NCBI GenBank assembly: GCA_951406725.2
Contig: OX597816.1
Location: forward strand, 98,518,001 to 98,582,000
Direction of reading: 5' to 3'
Origin: Octopus vulgaris
Lineage: Eukaryota
DNA: 64,000 bases
The position numbers were made by a program, and so were the translations under genes. Positions 52,423 through 64,000 of this stretch are shown here, piece by piece; the stretch's first letter is position 1; each line of letters starts with the position of its first letter. Under the pieces are notes generated by a model, which saw nothing but the letters and a program-made list of their open reading frames with translations, did not search any database and had not been told where the DNA came from.

Positions 52423-55400
52423 TGTGTGTGTATGTGTATACAAAATTCTAATTCCTATTTATAGAAATAAATAAAAATGAATGCATAAACTGACAGATAT
52501 ACATATGCGTGTGTGTTCCATGTATGTATTATGTATGTATGTATGTAAGTATTCATGTGTGTGTGCCAATTTAATCAGACAGTATATGTCCACGTCTTCA
52601 TAAACAGAAATTGGAATTTTCCATGTGTATTTATTTAGTGATTTTTTAAAGAAATCATTACGCATATATCCAACATTCCATCATACCCACTTATATTCCA
52701 CACACTTCAAGCGAGATTACTCTTGCACAATGTATCTTCATTTATGTGTGTTAAAAACCGGTAAGGTTAACTATCACTATTATTTTTAAACTTGCAATGA
52801 ATTCAATGACCATGTTATTTAAATTTCATCTGAAACACGTGAATATAACCTGCATTCACATTCACATGAGATACCTGCTTCTGTACTTGTACTTTATTTC
52901 ATTGTGTTCTGGCTAATTTATTTGTTGTTAATTCTTGAACAACGTCTTTGTTTCAATACTTTAAAGGGGTTGCGTAACCGTTTGGACTAATTCTTGAAGG
53001 TAATTATGATTACTTCTAGTATTTTTGAGTAAAAGAAAATGAAAATTCAAATGAAAATCCAACTTGAACTGAAATCTAGGCAGAGAAAACTAAATGTAAG
53101 ATTCAGAATCAATTTTATTATTACTTTCTTTTTGTTAAGTTACCCAACATAGACCGAGGTACAATCTATCCGCATCAGTAAACGGATTTGAAGATAAATT
53201 CACACACACGCTAAATGCTCAGGGGAAGTAAAATATTCTTCACTTTAGGTTATTAGAGAGGAAGACATAAGTTCCAAGGCTATTGGGGCTACTTCGATAT
53301 GTAAAACATTTCAAACTATAAGAAATTACTATTTCTTGAAAGCACTTCAGTCAATATTCCCTGGTAACTTTTGAAGGAGTTAATTCTTTACTGGCGACAT
53401 TCTGAACTATAGAAAAAAATTATACGAGCTAAACTGCTTCATTATCAGTGAGATAACTTGACGACGTTGAGCTTAACGTTGGTAATCGATTTAGATCTAA
53501 CTACTTTTAGTGAAAGTCAAATAGTAACAGTCATGATATTCAGCAATAAACTCTAAGGAAAAGAACCTTCATGTATAATAAATGGAGGTCAAGAGTACAG
53601 AAGAAATGGCTTAATGGCACCAGTTTTAGTGAATGAATAATCCGGCAACCATGGTTACCAAATTCTCGGTAGCCATTATCTCCGTGCATTATGGCATTTT
53701 ATTAAAATAACTTCAGTGCACAATACAAATCTCATCCCTTCCTTATTACTCGTTGACTAAAAGGCATTAGCAATTCAAAACTATCACTTTAACAGACATG
53801 GCAGAAATTGTACACCATGATTTAGTAGTCATAAATAATTTTTCTGAAGACTACAGAACTTAACCACTTTTAGAAATATTCCTTCGTACGCAGTGAAATA
53901 TATTTTGGCAAAATTGTATAACACATCAGATTGAAAGCTCCACGTATCAGTAGTGACATATTATTATATAAAACAAAATACAATGTACCTGTCTCTATAG
54001 TACTATATATGATGTATAGGGACATTCTTATGATTGACATACTCTGGTCATGTATCCGCCAGTAAACATCTATTTCAGATGTATACATACATACATACAT
54101 GCATGCATACACACACACACACATACATACGTGTATGCATAAAATTTACAGTTCCATTATATGTAGGATCAACAAAAATCTACTCCATTCAGTGAGCGAT
54201 AAATAACATTTAATATACTCTATTCACAGAATAGTTACTAATAGTTTCATGCTTTAGAGATACAAAAAATTTGCAGATTTGTAGAATATGGCGTGGGTCT
54301 CCAAATAATCGTTCAGGCTCAATACCTATCGTTTCATGAATTTAAAAACCAGGACGCTTGTCTATTAGGGTAAATGAATAAAGAACAGAGAAGCGCTATG
54401 AAAGTGATGAAAAAGTGGAATGTGATGAAATAAAAGTAAAATTCATAATTAATCTATATGCGGAGAATAACTGTGACGAGGCCAAAGAGACCTACCAGAT
54501 CACATATGTCTGCACTGTCACATGATCACATCGATACACCAAACAATTAATTCGTATGGGACATTTCAATCCATACAGAAGCTTCATTGAATAGGACAAT
54601 TTTACGTGCATATTCTATGTGATAAATATTGACATTTTGGAACGTTCTCGCCTTATCAGCCAACGATATTCGTATCGAAGGATAAATATCTACAATATCA
54701 AACTGTAAATTAAGTTCTATACATATCCTGAATTTTTATATATAATAATGTGTTCGATGTTGATTTCTTATGTTTCCCAAGGCGTAAATTCACCACACTA
54801 CTTAACTCCACATCTGAAATGTTTAACCAATGCAAGCAAACGGTCGAGTTCCTTTTTTCGAAATGGAGGATACCACCCGATCCGGATTAAGAAGTTATTT
54901 CACAGATTTTGCTCTCCTCTCTCTTATACTATTCTACAACTGCTAGGTTAATTTCGATTTCTATAGACAGTGAGCACGAAGATCTTGTTTTTCCTACTTT
55001 TTTTACTTTCTTCCCGTTCCACACCTCGTTTTTTTCTCATGTTTTCTCATAAACCAGCGTCCTATGGTTTTGATACATTCAGTTATATGCTCTGAGCCTG
55101 AAAGATAGCTTTGGGAGACAGCAAGTTATATAAAACTGCTAAAAGTTTGTATCTGTAAGGCATGAAATTATTAACAGCTTTTTTGTAAACAGTGTGTATC
55201 AAATGATGGACACACACACACACACAGGCGCTTATATATATATATGTATATACATGTGGGTGTTGACTTCGTATCAATGCATATATGTGTATGTTTGTGT
55301 GCGTATGTGTGTGTATGCCTCTGTGTGTATGTGTATATAGTCGGCCAAAGAATGTTTTAATTTTAGAGATAAAATAATTTTTTCAACTCATCTCTGTCTC

Positions 55401-57699
55401 CCCTTTCGCTCACTCCCCAACCCTACCCTTAAAAAGCATTATGATATAGGATAATAGCCAACCGTGGAGTCTTATTCGAGAATTCCCAGCCTTATTTTAT
55501 CACCTCTGTTAAAATAAACTCCCTGTGTCTAGTTACATCCGCCTATGTTTGACTTTTCATATCAATGTTGGGTTCATTCACCCTTCCCTTTAATAGTGCG
55601 AGCACATCGTGTCTATAGGAAGATCAGTTTAATGCTCTATATAGAAGTAAAATTCGAAATCAATGCATGATGCATTTCATTACATCTCGCTGCATAAAAT
55701 GATAAGTTTATTTAGTTGGTTGTTAATTGCGTACAAACTGTTCAGAATATACTTAGGAATACAACTTTCATTCATGCTATGTAAATTGTCAATTTCAGAG
55801 ATGAAAGTCGCCAAGCTGTGAATTGGTTTTCGATAGGGCTCTGTGTAACCATCTTGGGTTGGTGACTTGACTAGTTTTCTCTTTGAGGTTACCGAAATTC
55901 TACGGCTATATCTTAGGAGACATACATTGAACTTTCTCTCCTGTATATCATTCGACATCTTACCAGAAAGATTTTAAATAGCAGGTTGAATACGTACATA
56001 AATGGCAACTTGAATACATACATAAATGGAAATCATTAATAACCAGCTTCCTGTGGCAGCTTTGAAATAAGATTCTACTAGTTATTTTCACAGATAGCTT
56101 TAACGTTAAGTTAGAACGGCATTTTCAACGATGGTTAACAAATCTGAGAGCAATATAACTGCATAATAGTCAGTGTGTACTCGGAAAATTTGCTACGATG
56201 ACATTCTATATAGTTTACGCATTCGATTTTAATGGTAAGTTGCATGCGCATTTCAAAAGCTGTTGATTGTCGTTCCAATATAAAAGTAGTCGCATGATAA
56301 AGACTGTTGTCAAAAAGTTCTGTCAGATGTTTTATGAAGTTAAAATCAAATATATAGTCTGATAGGAGATTCTCACATACAAAACGTCGCAACATGCCAT
56401 ATGTTGCTCAGGAACCTAGGCAAGGTGTGTCGTATTCTATCCTATGTTAGAGGAATTTTAAACACGTCAAACACAAGGGTTTTACCATTTGAAACTAATA
56501 TCTCACCGACGGAGATATTTATTAATTTTATGTGCAAACCGGCTGAATTGTACAAATTACCATCACACTAGACCTTGCAGGAGGACAAAAGATAATACTA
56601 AGCAGAAAGCTTAGCAATCCCATGGTCATCCAGGACCAAATGAGGGCCTTTACAAAATCCCATCGTAACTGCAGAAAATCTTGGATTTGACATGATTGTA
56701 GGGAGGTATATATGTTTGTATGAATGTATGTATGTATGTATGTATGCATTATTATATAAAATAGCGCATAACACACTCACACACACATATATTATTTCTA
56801 TGCATTATTGACCGTAATTCTCTCCGAAATGGATGAATTCTGCCTTAGAACTTTTCCCCCACATTTCTCAGAATTCATTATTTATTTGAATTTGTCAAAC
56901 TTATGTGATGAATCATATGTATTTGTTTGATACTCATAGTTATATAATTACAAAAAGGACAGCTAACATATAAATGATTTGATCCTAGGTATGAGGCACA
57001 GGCTACACAAAGATGTATGTCCATTCTGCTCCTTCTTTGTAATCTATTCATGTCGGAATGTATTTTTGAATATAACCTTCGGTTATGAACCATACATTAT
57101 TTGTTTTAAAAGCAATTACAACAGAAGAGTTAATTAGAAGTTTCTGATACTTGTTTTGTACCATGTTTTTCTTTTTTATCACTGAATCAAATTGTTAAAT
57201 ATTTGTGTGTACACTGCTGGCAGATATAATTATTCTTAACGCTCAACACTATCGCTTATCTAAATTCAATACTAAGTTTAATTTGAAACGTAGCTGTTAG
57301 GCCATTTTTCCCTGAACATTTGATATAATAACCGATTTGGACATTGGTACCATGAATAGTATCTTGCGGAAGTAACTCTATATGACTTCCGTTACTACGC
57401 TATACTCCAAATAAATTTCGCATTTTATTCTAGTGGTTTCCTCTTTACTCGAATATTGCATAACACTAAACAAATTATTCAATGCTATTTCGTTTCGCGT
57501 CTCAAATATTTTTCTCTCACTATTAAAAACTTCATCACTCCTCTATGTCTCAATCCCTCTCTGTCTGCCTGTCTCTCTCTCTCTCTATCACCTGCTCCCT
57601 GTCTTCCTCCCTCCCTCCTTCTCTCTCTCTCTGCGATTACAGCAATGGGAGTAATCTCAAATTGGTACATATTAACAGAGAGAAATATTATATTATTGT

Positions 57700-58083
57700 C
57701 TTTTCTACTCTAGGCAATAGGCCCAAAATTGTGGGGGAGGGGACCAGTCGATTAGATTGTCTCCAGTTCGCAACTGGTACTTAATTTATCGATGCCGAAA
57801 GAATGAAACGCAAAGTCGACCGCGGCGGAATTTGAACTCAGAGCTTAAACTATTTCATTACTACCCACAAGGGGCTAAACACAGACGGGGCAAACAATGA
57901 CAGACAAACAAATTAAGTCGATTATATCGACCCCAGTGCGTAACTGGCACTTATTTAATCGAAACCGAAAGCATGAAAGGCAAAGTCGACCTTGGCAGAA
58001 TTTGAACTCAGAACGTACCGGCAGAGGAAATACCGCTAAGCATTTCGCCCGGCGTGCTAACATTTCTGCCAGTTCGCCGCCTT
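57700..58083 (-). mobile_element. Two adjacent tRNA-derived SINEs (partial 57700-57850; full-length 57851-58083)
   Basis: Reverse complement of the 40674 SINE, with A/B boxes and the Nin-like core. Confidence 0.9.
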
Positions 58084-60573
58084 GAATAATATTATTTAGA
58101 ACAGGAAAGCTAAACTACTTAATACTAGGCAGAAGTTATCCTCAACTCAATCAGAGTAAAAACAACATATGATTTGGAAAAATACAATAATAAAAAATTA
58201 TTCTACGTAAAAATCATTATACATACATATGCATGCATACATGAATACATGCATCAATATATACATGTATATATACACACATACATACGTTCTTGCGTGT
58301 TTTTATGTTCTAAGTTCCGATTCCAGCGAGGTTAACTTTGTCTCTCGTCACTTTGCAATCGATAGAGTACCAATCAATTATTGGTCTGGATGTAATCAAC
58401 CTACCCCTTTTCCTATGAAATGTCTGTCTTTTCTTGGTCTTTACATTTAAATGTAGATCCACCCTGATACTATGAAATATTCCGAGAAGATATATGAAAC
58501 GAGAGAAAGACAAAAAAACTACTGGGACGAATTACACCCACAATTAATCTGTTTAACTACGAAACCGCTTCAGTTTGATTTATCTTTCTTAGGAAAACAT
58601 ACATATTCCTCATAAAAAAATCTGTCATTAGAGAAATGGAAAATAATGTTTACAAACAACTGGCGTTATTGCAAATAAACTATTCGACAAAGATGAATGT
58701 GTTACACTGTCTGCTTCAGAACCATAGACGGATGTATCATATAGTCTTCCTTGAAAGTATAGATTTTAAAAGTTTTTTCGGTCCCTCTAAGATCCTGTTG
58801 TACAATAGGATATTCTTAAGAGATTAGCGAAAAAGCCAACCTCTCTCATGATGAAAGATTCTGAAGAGTACAGGGAATCATGATATTAATTACTGAATAA
58901 TTCATACTTTCTGATACACAACTCTCATATAACACCTTGGAGAAATCTGCAATGTACGTGCTAATAAATTATTCAAATAATACTTATCAAGGGGAAAATA
59001 AATCTTGGTGAAAGCATTAAAAGTTTATTATAATATATTCTAACGGGAATAATAATTTGATACTACGCAGTTACCTCTTGAGCAAAATATCACAATATTC
59101 TACGATGTGTTTTCACTCCAAGATCTAGACAGAAAGCTAGATCAGGGCGCCGAACGAATACGTCGCTATCGTACAAAACATTTCCTAGCAAACCAATATA
59201 ATTCACATTTCTACTTCCAATCGACAGATATTATATCTCCAAGTGAGAAAGAAAAACATTATTGTTAAAGAAAGCCACTTTGCGATAAGATCTTTATCAT
59301 TCTAGTTACGATCTGCAACGAAAAGATATTTCTACGAGTATGGATCGTGCTAAACACCGATTGGAATAAAACAAAGGTAAGGAAAAAAGCAAAATTGTTC
59401 CCGGAACATTCCCTTTAAACTACATAATGGAAAGGTATCTGGAAGAGTCCTAACAATTGGATAATAGTAGAAGAAAGCGAGCTAACATAGGAAACCAATG
59501 TGTATATTCAAGCGAACTATGAAAGGATAGGCTGGCATACGAAACTGGTTTACTATAGCTCGGATAAACTATATAGCCACGATCTAAACAACCGAGCTGG
59601 CAGAAAAGCTATAGGTATATTGCTTACCTACGCATTATGCAGAAACTTTTCACTAGCAGCCTCAGCCAATTCCTGCAGGATCATATGAGTCCCAGAATAT
59701 AGTGAAAGATAAGCAGGAAGGTGGAAAGAAAGGAGTGAGGTACTTTTCCGAACAACTTTTTGCGAACAAAAGGATCTATCCGATGAGATCCCTTCTGTCA
59801 TATTGGGACAGTATGGATTCATTACAGAAAAGCATTAGTATTTAACCCCCCACCCTTATAGTTGCAAACGTCTTTGGAGTGAACGTTCCCATATTTGCTG
59901 CCATTGAAAAATATTTGCCGCTATAGCGAAATGCTTCACAATTACACCTGAGAGTAAAATCATAATCTCACTTGATATAAAAATTTCAAAGACAATATTA
60001 AAGGGACATAGTTTTTCGTGTAATCATATATATTTGGCATACAAATTTCCACTGGCTGTATGCCAGGAACAGCATCTGCTGAAGATTGCAATGTAAATAA
60101 TATTGTCTTCAAGGAGGACATGATCATCTATGCTAAAATGTGTACAGCATCAGAATATAGGTGTATTTGCTAACACTTACGGCAGAGAAAGGAATGGAAA
60201 TTGATCAAAAGAAAGGTTCATATTTATTGAACGTGCAAAATTAGTTGTCAAAACCCATACATCAGTAGCCTGTCATTCTATCCAGTTCCACCCAAGGAAT
60301 GCTACAAATACTTAGGCATTCATGAAAATATATTGTACGAAGGACCTGTGAAAGTAGTGTAACCAGAGAATATTACGACGGACCAGAGAAATGTTACAGT
60401 TATATCTCCTTACTACAAAATAGTATTTCACATGGCATTTTGAGTATCAGCGATGGTACCAATATCTGGAATATCTGGCCGATTAGTTTAGGAAATATGC
60501 TCCAAATCCAGTAAGACACAGAAGATACACTCATCGACTGGAATATTGCGCAGAAATAATACTAACAGAAGTC

Positions 60574-61690
60574 CACGAGAGTTCGCTGAAATGTTCATAC
60601 CCTGAATAGGAAGAAGTGATGCTAAGACTGAAATCTTACATGCATTACTTTCACAACTTCTTATTTAGAACTGCAGTTTATATTTCCAGGTAGATTAATA
60701 ACTGATTGTTCAAAGATTTCAAAAATAAATAGTAGCAACATCTCTTCAAAATGCACAAAATTCGGCATCGTGGTCTTATCAAGTTCCTGCAGGAAAAAGG
60801 GTTTTGCCACATTAACATTCATGCTGACAAGAATGCTGCTCTAGGGGTTGACATTCCAGCTTTTCCAACAGTGCAAAAACGTGCAGCTGACTTCAGACGG
60901 AGTAGCAAGAATCTTGAGGATGACACAACGTCTGAACGTCCTGCAACTGTCACCACCTAGCAAAACACTGATCGTGTTACCATTTGCTGATGGATTACAG
61001 ACAGTTGCCTGTGAATGAAATAGCCAATCCCATTAATATATCTCGTGACAGAGTTCAGATTATTTTGCAAAATGAACTTTCTATGACAAAGATTTCTGCT
61101 AGGTGGATATTACGTCTCTTGACACCTAATCAAAACCGCACCAGTCTGATCACATCGCTGGGATATTTGCCATTGCTTGAGGCATATCTGGTTGGTATTC
61201 TTGAATGTTACATAGCCAAGGAAAAGAGTTGAATTCATCACTTGGAACCAGAAACAAAATACAATCCAAGCAACTGCTCCAAAGAAAGACAAGGTTGTTT
61301 TACTTGCAGGGATGGTGACGGCTAACTTTCTGAGATATTTACAGAAGGATATCAATATGAAACACTCAGGAAAATTAACGAACGGGATTTTATTTCATTA
61401 GGACAATACACCACCACACACGTTCTTGATGTCATTGGTTGCTTTGGATGGCTGTGACTTTGAAATGATTGACCACCATCCCAATCACCTTCATTTGGCC
61501 CAATCTGACTATCATCTATTCCCCAACACGGAAAGAACACTTGACTGGGAACCCGTATTACAGTGATGATGGCGTCAAATATTTTGTTGATGACTTTTCG
61601 ACCAATAGAATGAAAGCTTCTTCACCAATTGGATTCAAGCATTGCAACACAAATGGAAACAATTGTGTGATCCGCAAGCGAGACTAAGTG
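60574..61690 (+). mobile_element. Decayed mariner (Tc1/mariner) transposon
   Basis: MHKIRHRGLIKFL..LEDD..SERP HTH region, KISARWILRLLT (WVPHEL-like), FH*DNTPPH and HLAQSDYHLFP (YSPDLAPSD-like); possible left TIR CACGAGAGTTCGCTGAAATGTTC at 60574; no right TIR seen. Confidence 0.85.
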
Positions 61691-61914
61691 TTAATCTAGA
61701 AAACCTAAGTTTTGCATTAAAAAATCGCCAAGTTAATACACAAATTACAGTCGTTTTGAGAAATTTTGTTTAAATGTTAGACAACTCAGCACCGTCCATT
61801 GGATGGGGGGCGTTTTGCTCGTATGCATATATATATATACATATATATATATGTATGCGTGTGTGTGTGTGTGTATTATATGTATGTAACACGCACGAAC
61901 ACACATACATACGC

Positions 61915-61999
<85 letters not shown>

Positions 62000-62010
62000 G
62001 ATAGATAGAG

Positions 62011-62064
<54 letters not shown>

Positions 62065-64000
62065 TCGAAGATACTGGAGTGAGAGTAAATTTTGAAATCC
62101 ATATTCTTTACAAAATTTGTAGCGACAGAAATGGATGGCCTTGCTTAAAATTATGATTGAAATGTTAATTCGCTGTTAAGTTTCCCTGCACTTCATCGTT
62201 CTCATCGAGATTTTTGTGATGCATTTCTTATTAATTTCCAGCTCATAATGTAAGCATGTCATTTTATAACTGAAAGACTTGTTGTTTAAAATGATATATG
62301 GTACCGTCAGTGACACCCGAGGTATGAAACACAAAATAAGCATATATGCATTACTCATATTGAAAATGTATGGAGAGTTCATTCTTTAAATTATATGCTT
62401 CACTGAGTTATCATGCCTGATAATCTGCTTGCATCTTTGACTCAACATCAAATGCGGTATCCTTACGATAGTAACAGGACATTCATTTTACTCTATAATT
62501 TATAGATATCTAGACTGGCAGAAATAAGTTCAGCTATTTTACACTGGATGTCATAGGACAGGAAAATGAGATTTGATATAGCTTTTGTGCATACAAAAGA
62601 AAAGGAAAAAAATGCTATCTACTTTCATGCCATAGAAATTCTGCTCAATTGAGGAAACTGCCGTAAATCAATCAGAAATAGGAAGAATAATAGGTAAAAC
62701 AGCAATTGATTAATTCTACGCTGGCAGATCACAAAATCATGTTTCCCGAAACAGGGTTACAGAAATACATTTTGATACTAACCGGATTTGAACTGGATCC
62801 ACTTGTTATTTGGGGTGTGGTTAAGTTAATCATATCTTGCATCCGATTTATATGGATTATCTTTCAGTCAATATACAGAACATTTCTTCAGACGAAAGTG
62901 ATTCCCTTTTATTTATCTAACTTCAGTATATATTAATAGCCGTAGTTGTATGTGTTGCCTTGGTTCTGTAAGACTGATAAAAGTAAAACGAATCGAAATT
63001 TGAACGAAGAATGTACATAGAAAATAGCTTTATCCTATATCTTTCGGTTTTCTGCCGTTTGTAGAAGGTTGGCAATCGCTGACTAGACAATGCAATAAAG
63101 GACAACTCACAATTACTCTACATATAATGAAAGCGAGAACAGTTGAATTAACTGGTACATGATAACCACTCACGATGGCTTTCTTGGGCAATCTTTTGCT
63201 AGATAAAATGTCTTGATGTTTACACTAGCATGTAGAGGTTATATATCTTAGTATAGCATAAAATACTACATAATTTTCAGTAACGAAAGATGTTTTAAAA
63301 CATTCTACATTTTGTGTTTTAAATGCAGTTGGCGTTTCTAATGTAATACGAAGCTAATACATTAATTTTGTGGGAGCGTTGAACGTAATACCTAACACTA
63401 TCTCATTCGTGCGTAGCATCTTTGCTATCTTCAATATACACACTTTATGTATATTCATTTCGCCAACTTCTTATTCTAGCGTTTACATTCCTAGGTACAG
63501 TTTAAGTGGTTTCTGAAAGTGATCTTCTATCCGGTTCTATAAGCTCATAACGCGGAACGGATTACAAGGCTTCAGTGACGTCGAATTCAGTTGCAATGAT
63601 GTGTGGGAGAATTTTGTCATAAACACATGGTGTGTATTTGTGTTAATTTGTGAATGTGGTATAGTGTCAATTTGACAGTCTCTGTTATATTTTGAGGAGA
63701 CAGATATGTGTGATAGTGATGCCAATGTTTATACTTTAAAAGGTTTTGAAAATGAGGGCGTGTAGTCATTATTCTATTATTTTTCTGAGTAACATCATTA
63801 TTATGCTATTACCTATCTTTAGGTATATCACTACTATGTTGGTGAGGGGAGTTTGAAAAGGTGTCTAGAATCATTCTTTCTGATCCTATGAATTTTAGGT
63901 GTGTTTTTGTAATAACTGCTTGGCTTTTAGTTCTTTTCATTTTTATAACTTTCTACTTTTCTAACATGATTAAAATATGTTACGTGTTTCAAATATTTCC

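Overview
AT-rich, microsatellite-dense animal non-coding DNA. The tRNA-derived SINEs look like the octopus families, so the source is probably an octopus; this is recognition, not a database result. I found no host protein-coding exon, and there is a 100-N assembly gap at 37951-38050. The main feature is a near-complete Penelope-like retroelement (PLE) on the minus strand at about 2492-8235. It has ~1.3-kb pseudo-LTRs, an intact RT + GIY-YIG ORF and (TA)n at both ends. Two things about it are unusual. (1) A separate upstream ORF1 overlaps a pol frame that has no AUG before its conserved N-terminal motif, and the overlap contains an in-phase T-TTT-TTA heptamer. This suggests gag-pol-like -1 frameshifting, although splicing or a homopolymer error are alternatives. 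(2) Each pseudo-LTR carries a minimal hammerhead ribozyme with the compensatory U3-A8 core (UUGAAAA). A second PLE family fragment has the same U3-A8 core, and other tail modules carry canonical or G3-C8-like cores. The rest of the window is decayed R4/Dong-like LINEs stacked in (TAA)n, CR1-like and RTE-like LINE fragments, SINEs, a probable non-autonomous Helitron, a decayed mariner and several foldback repeats.
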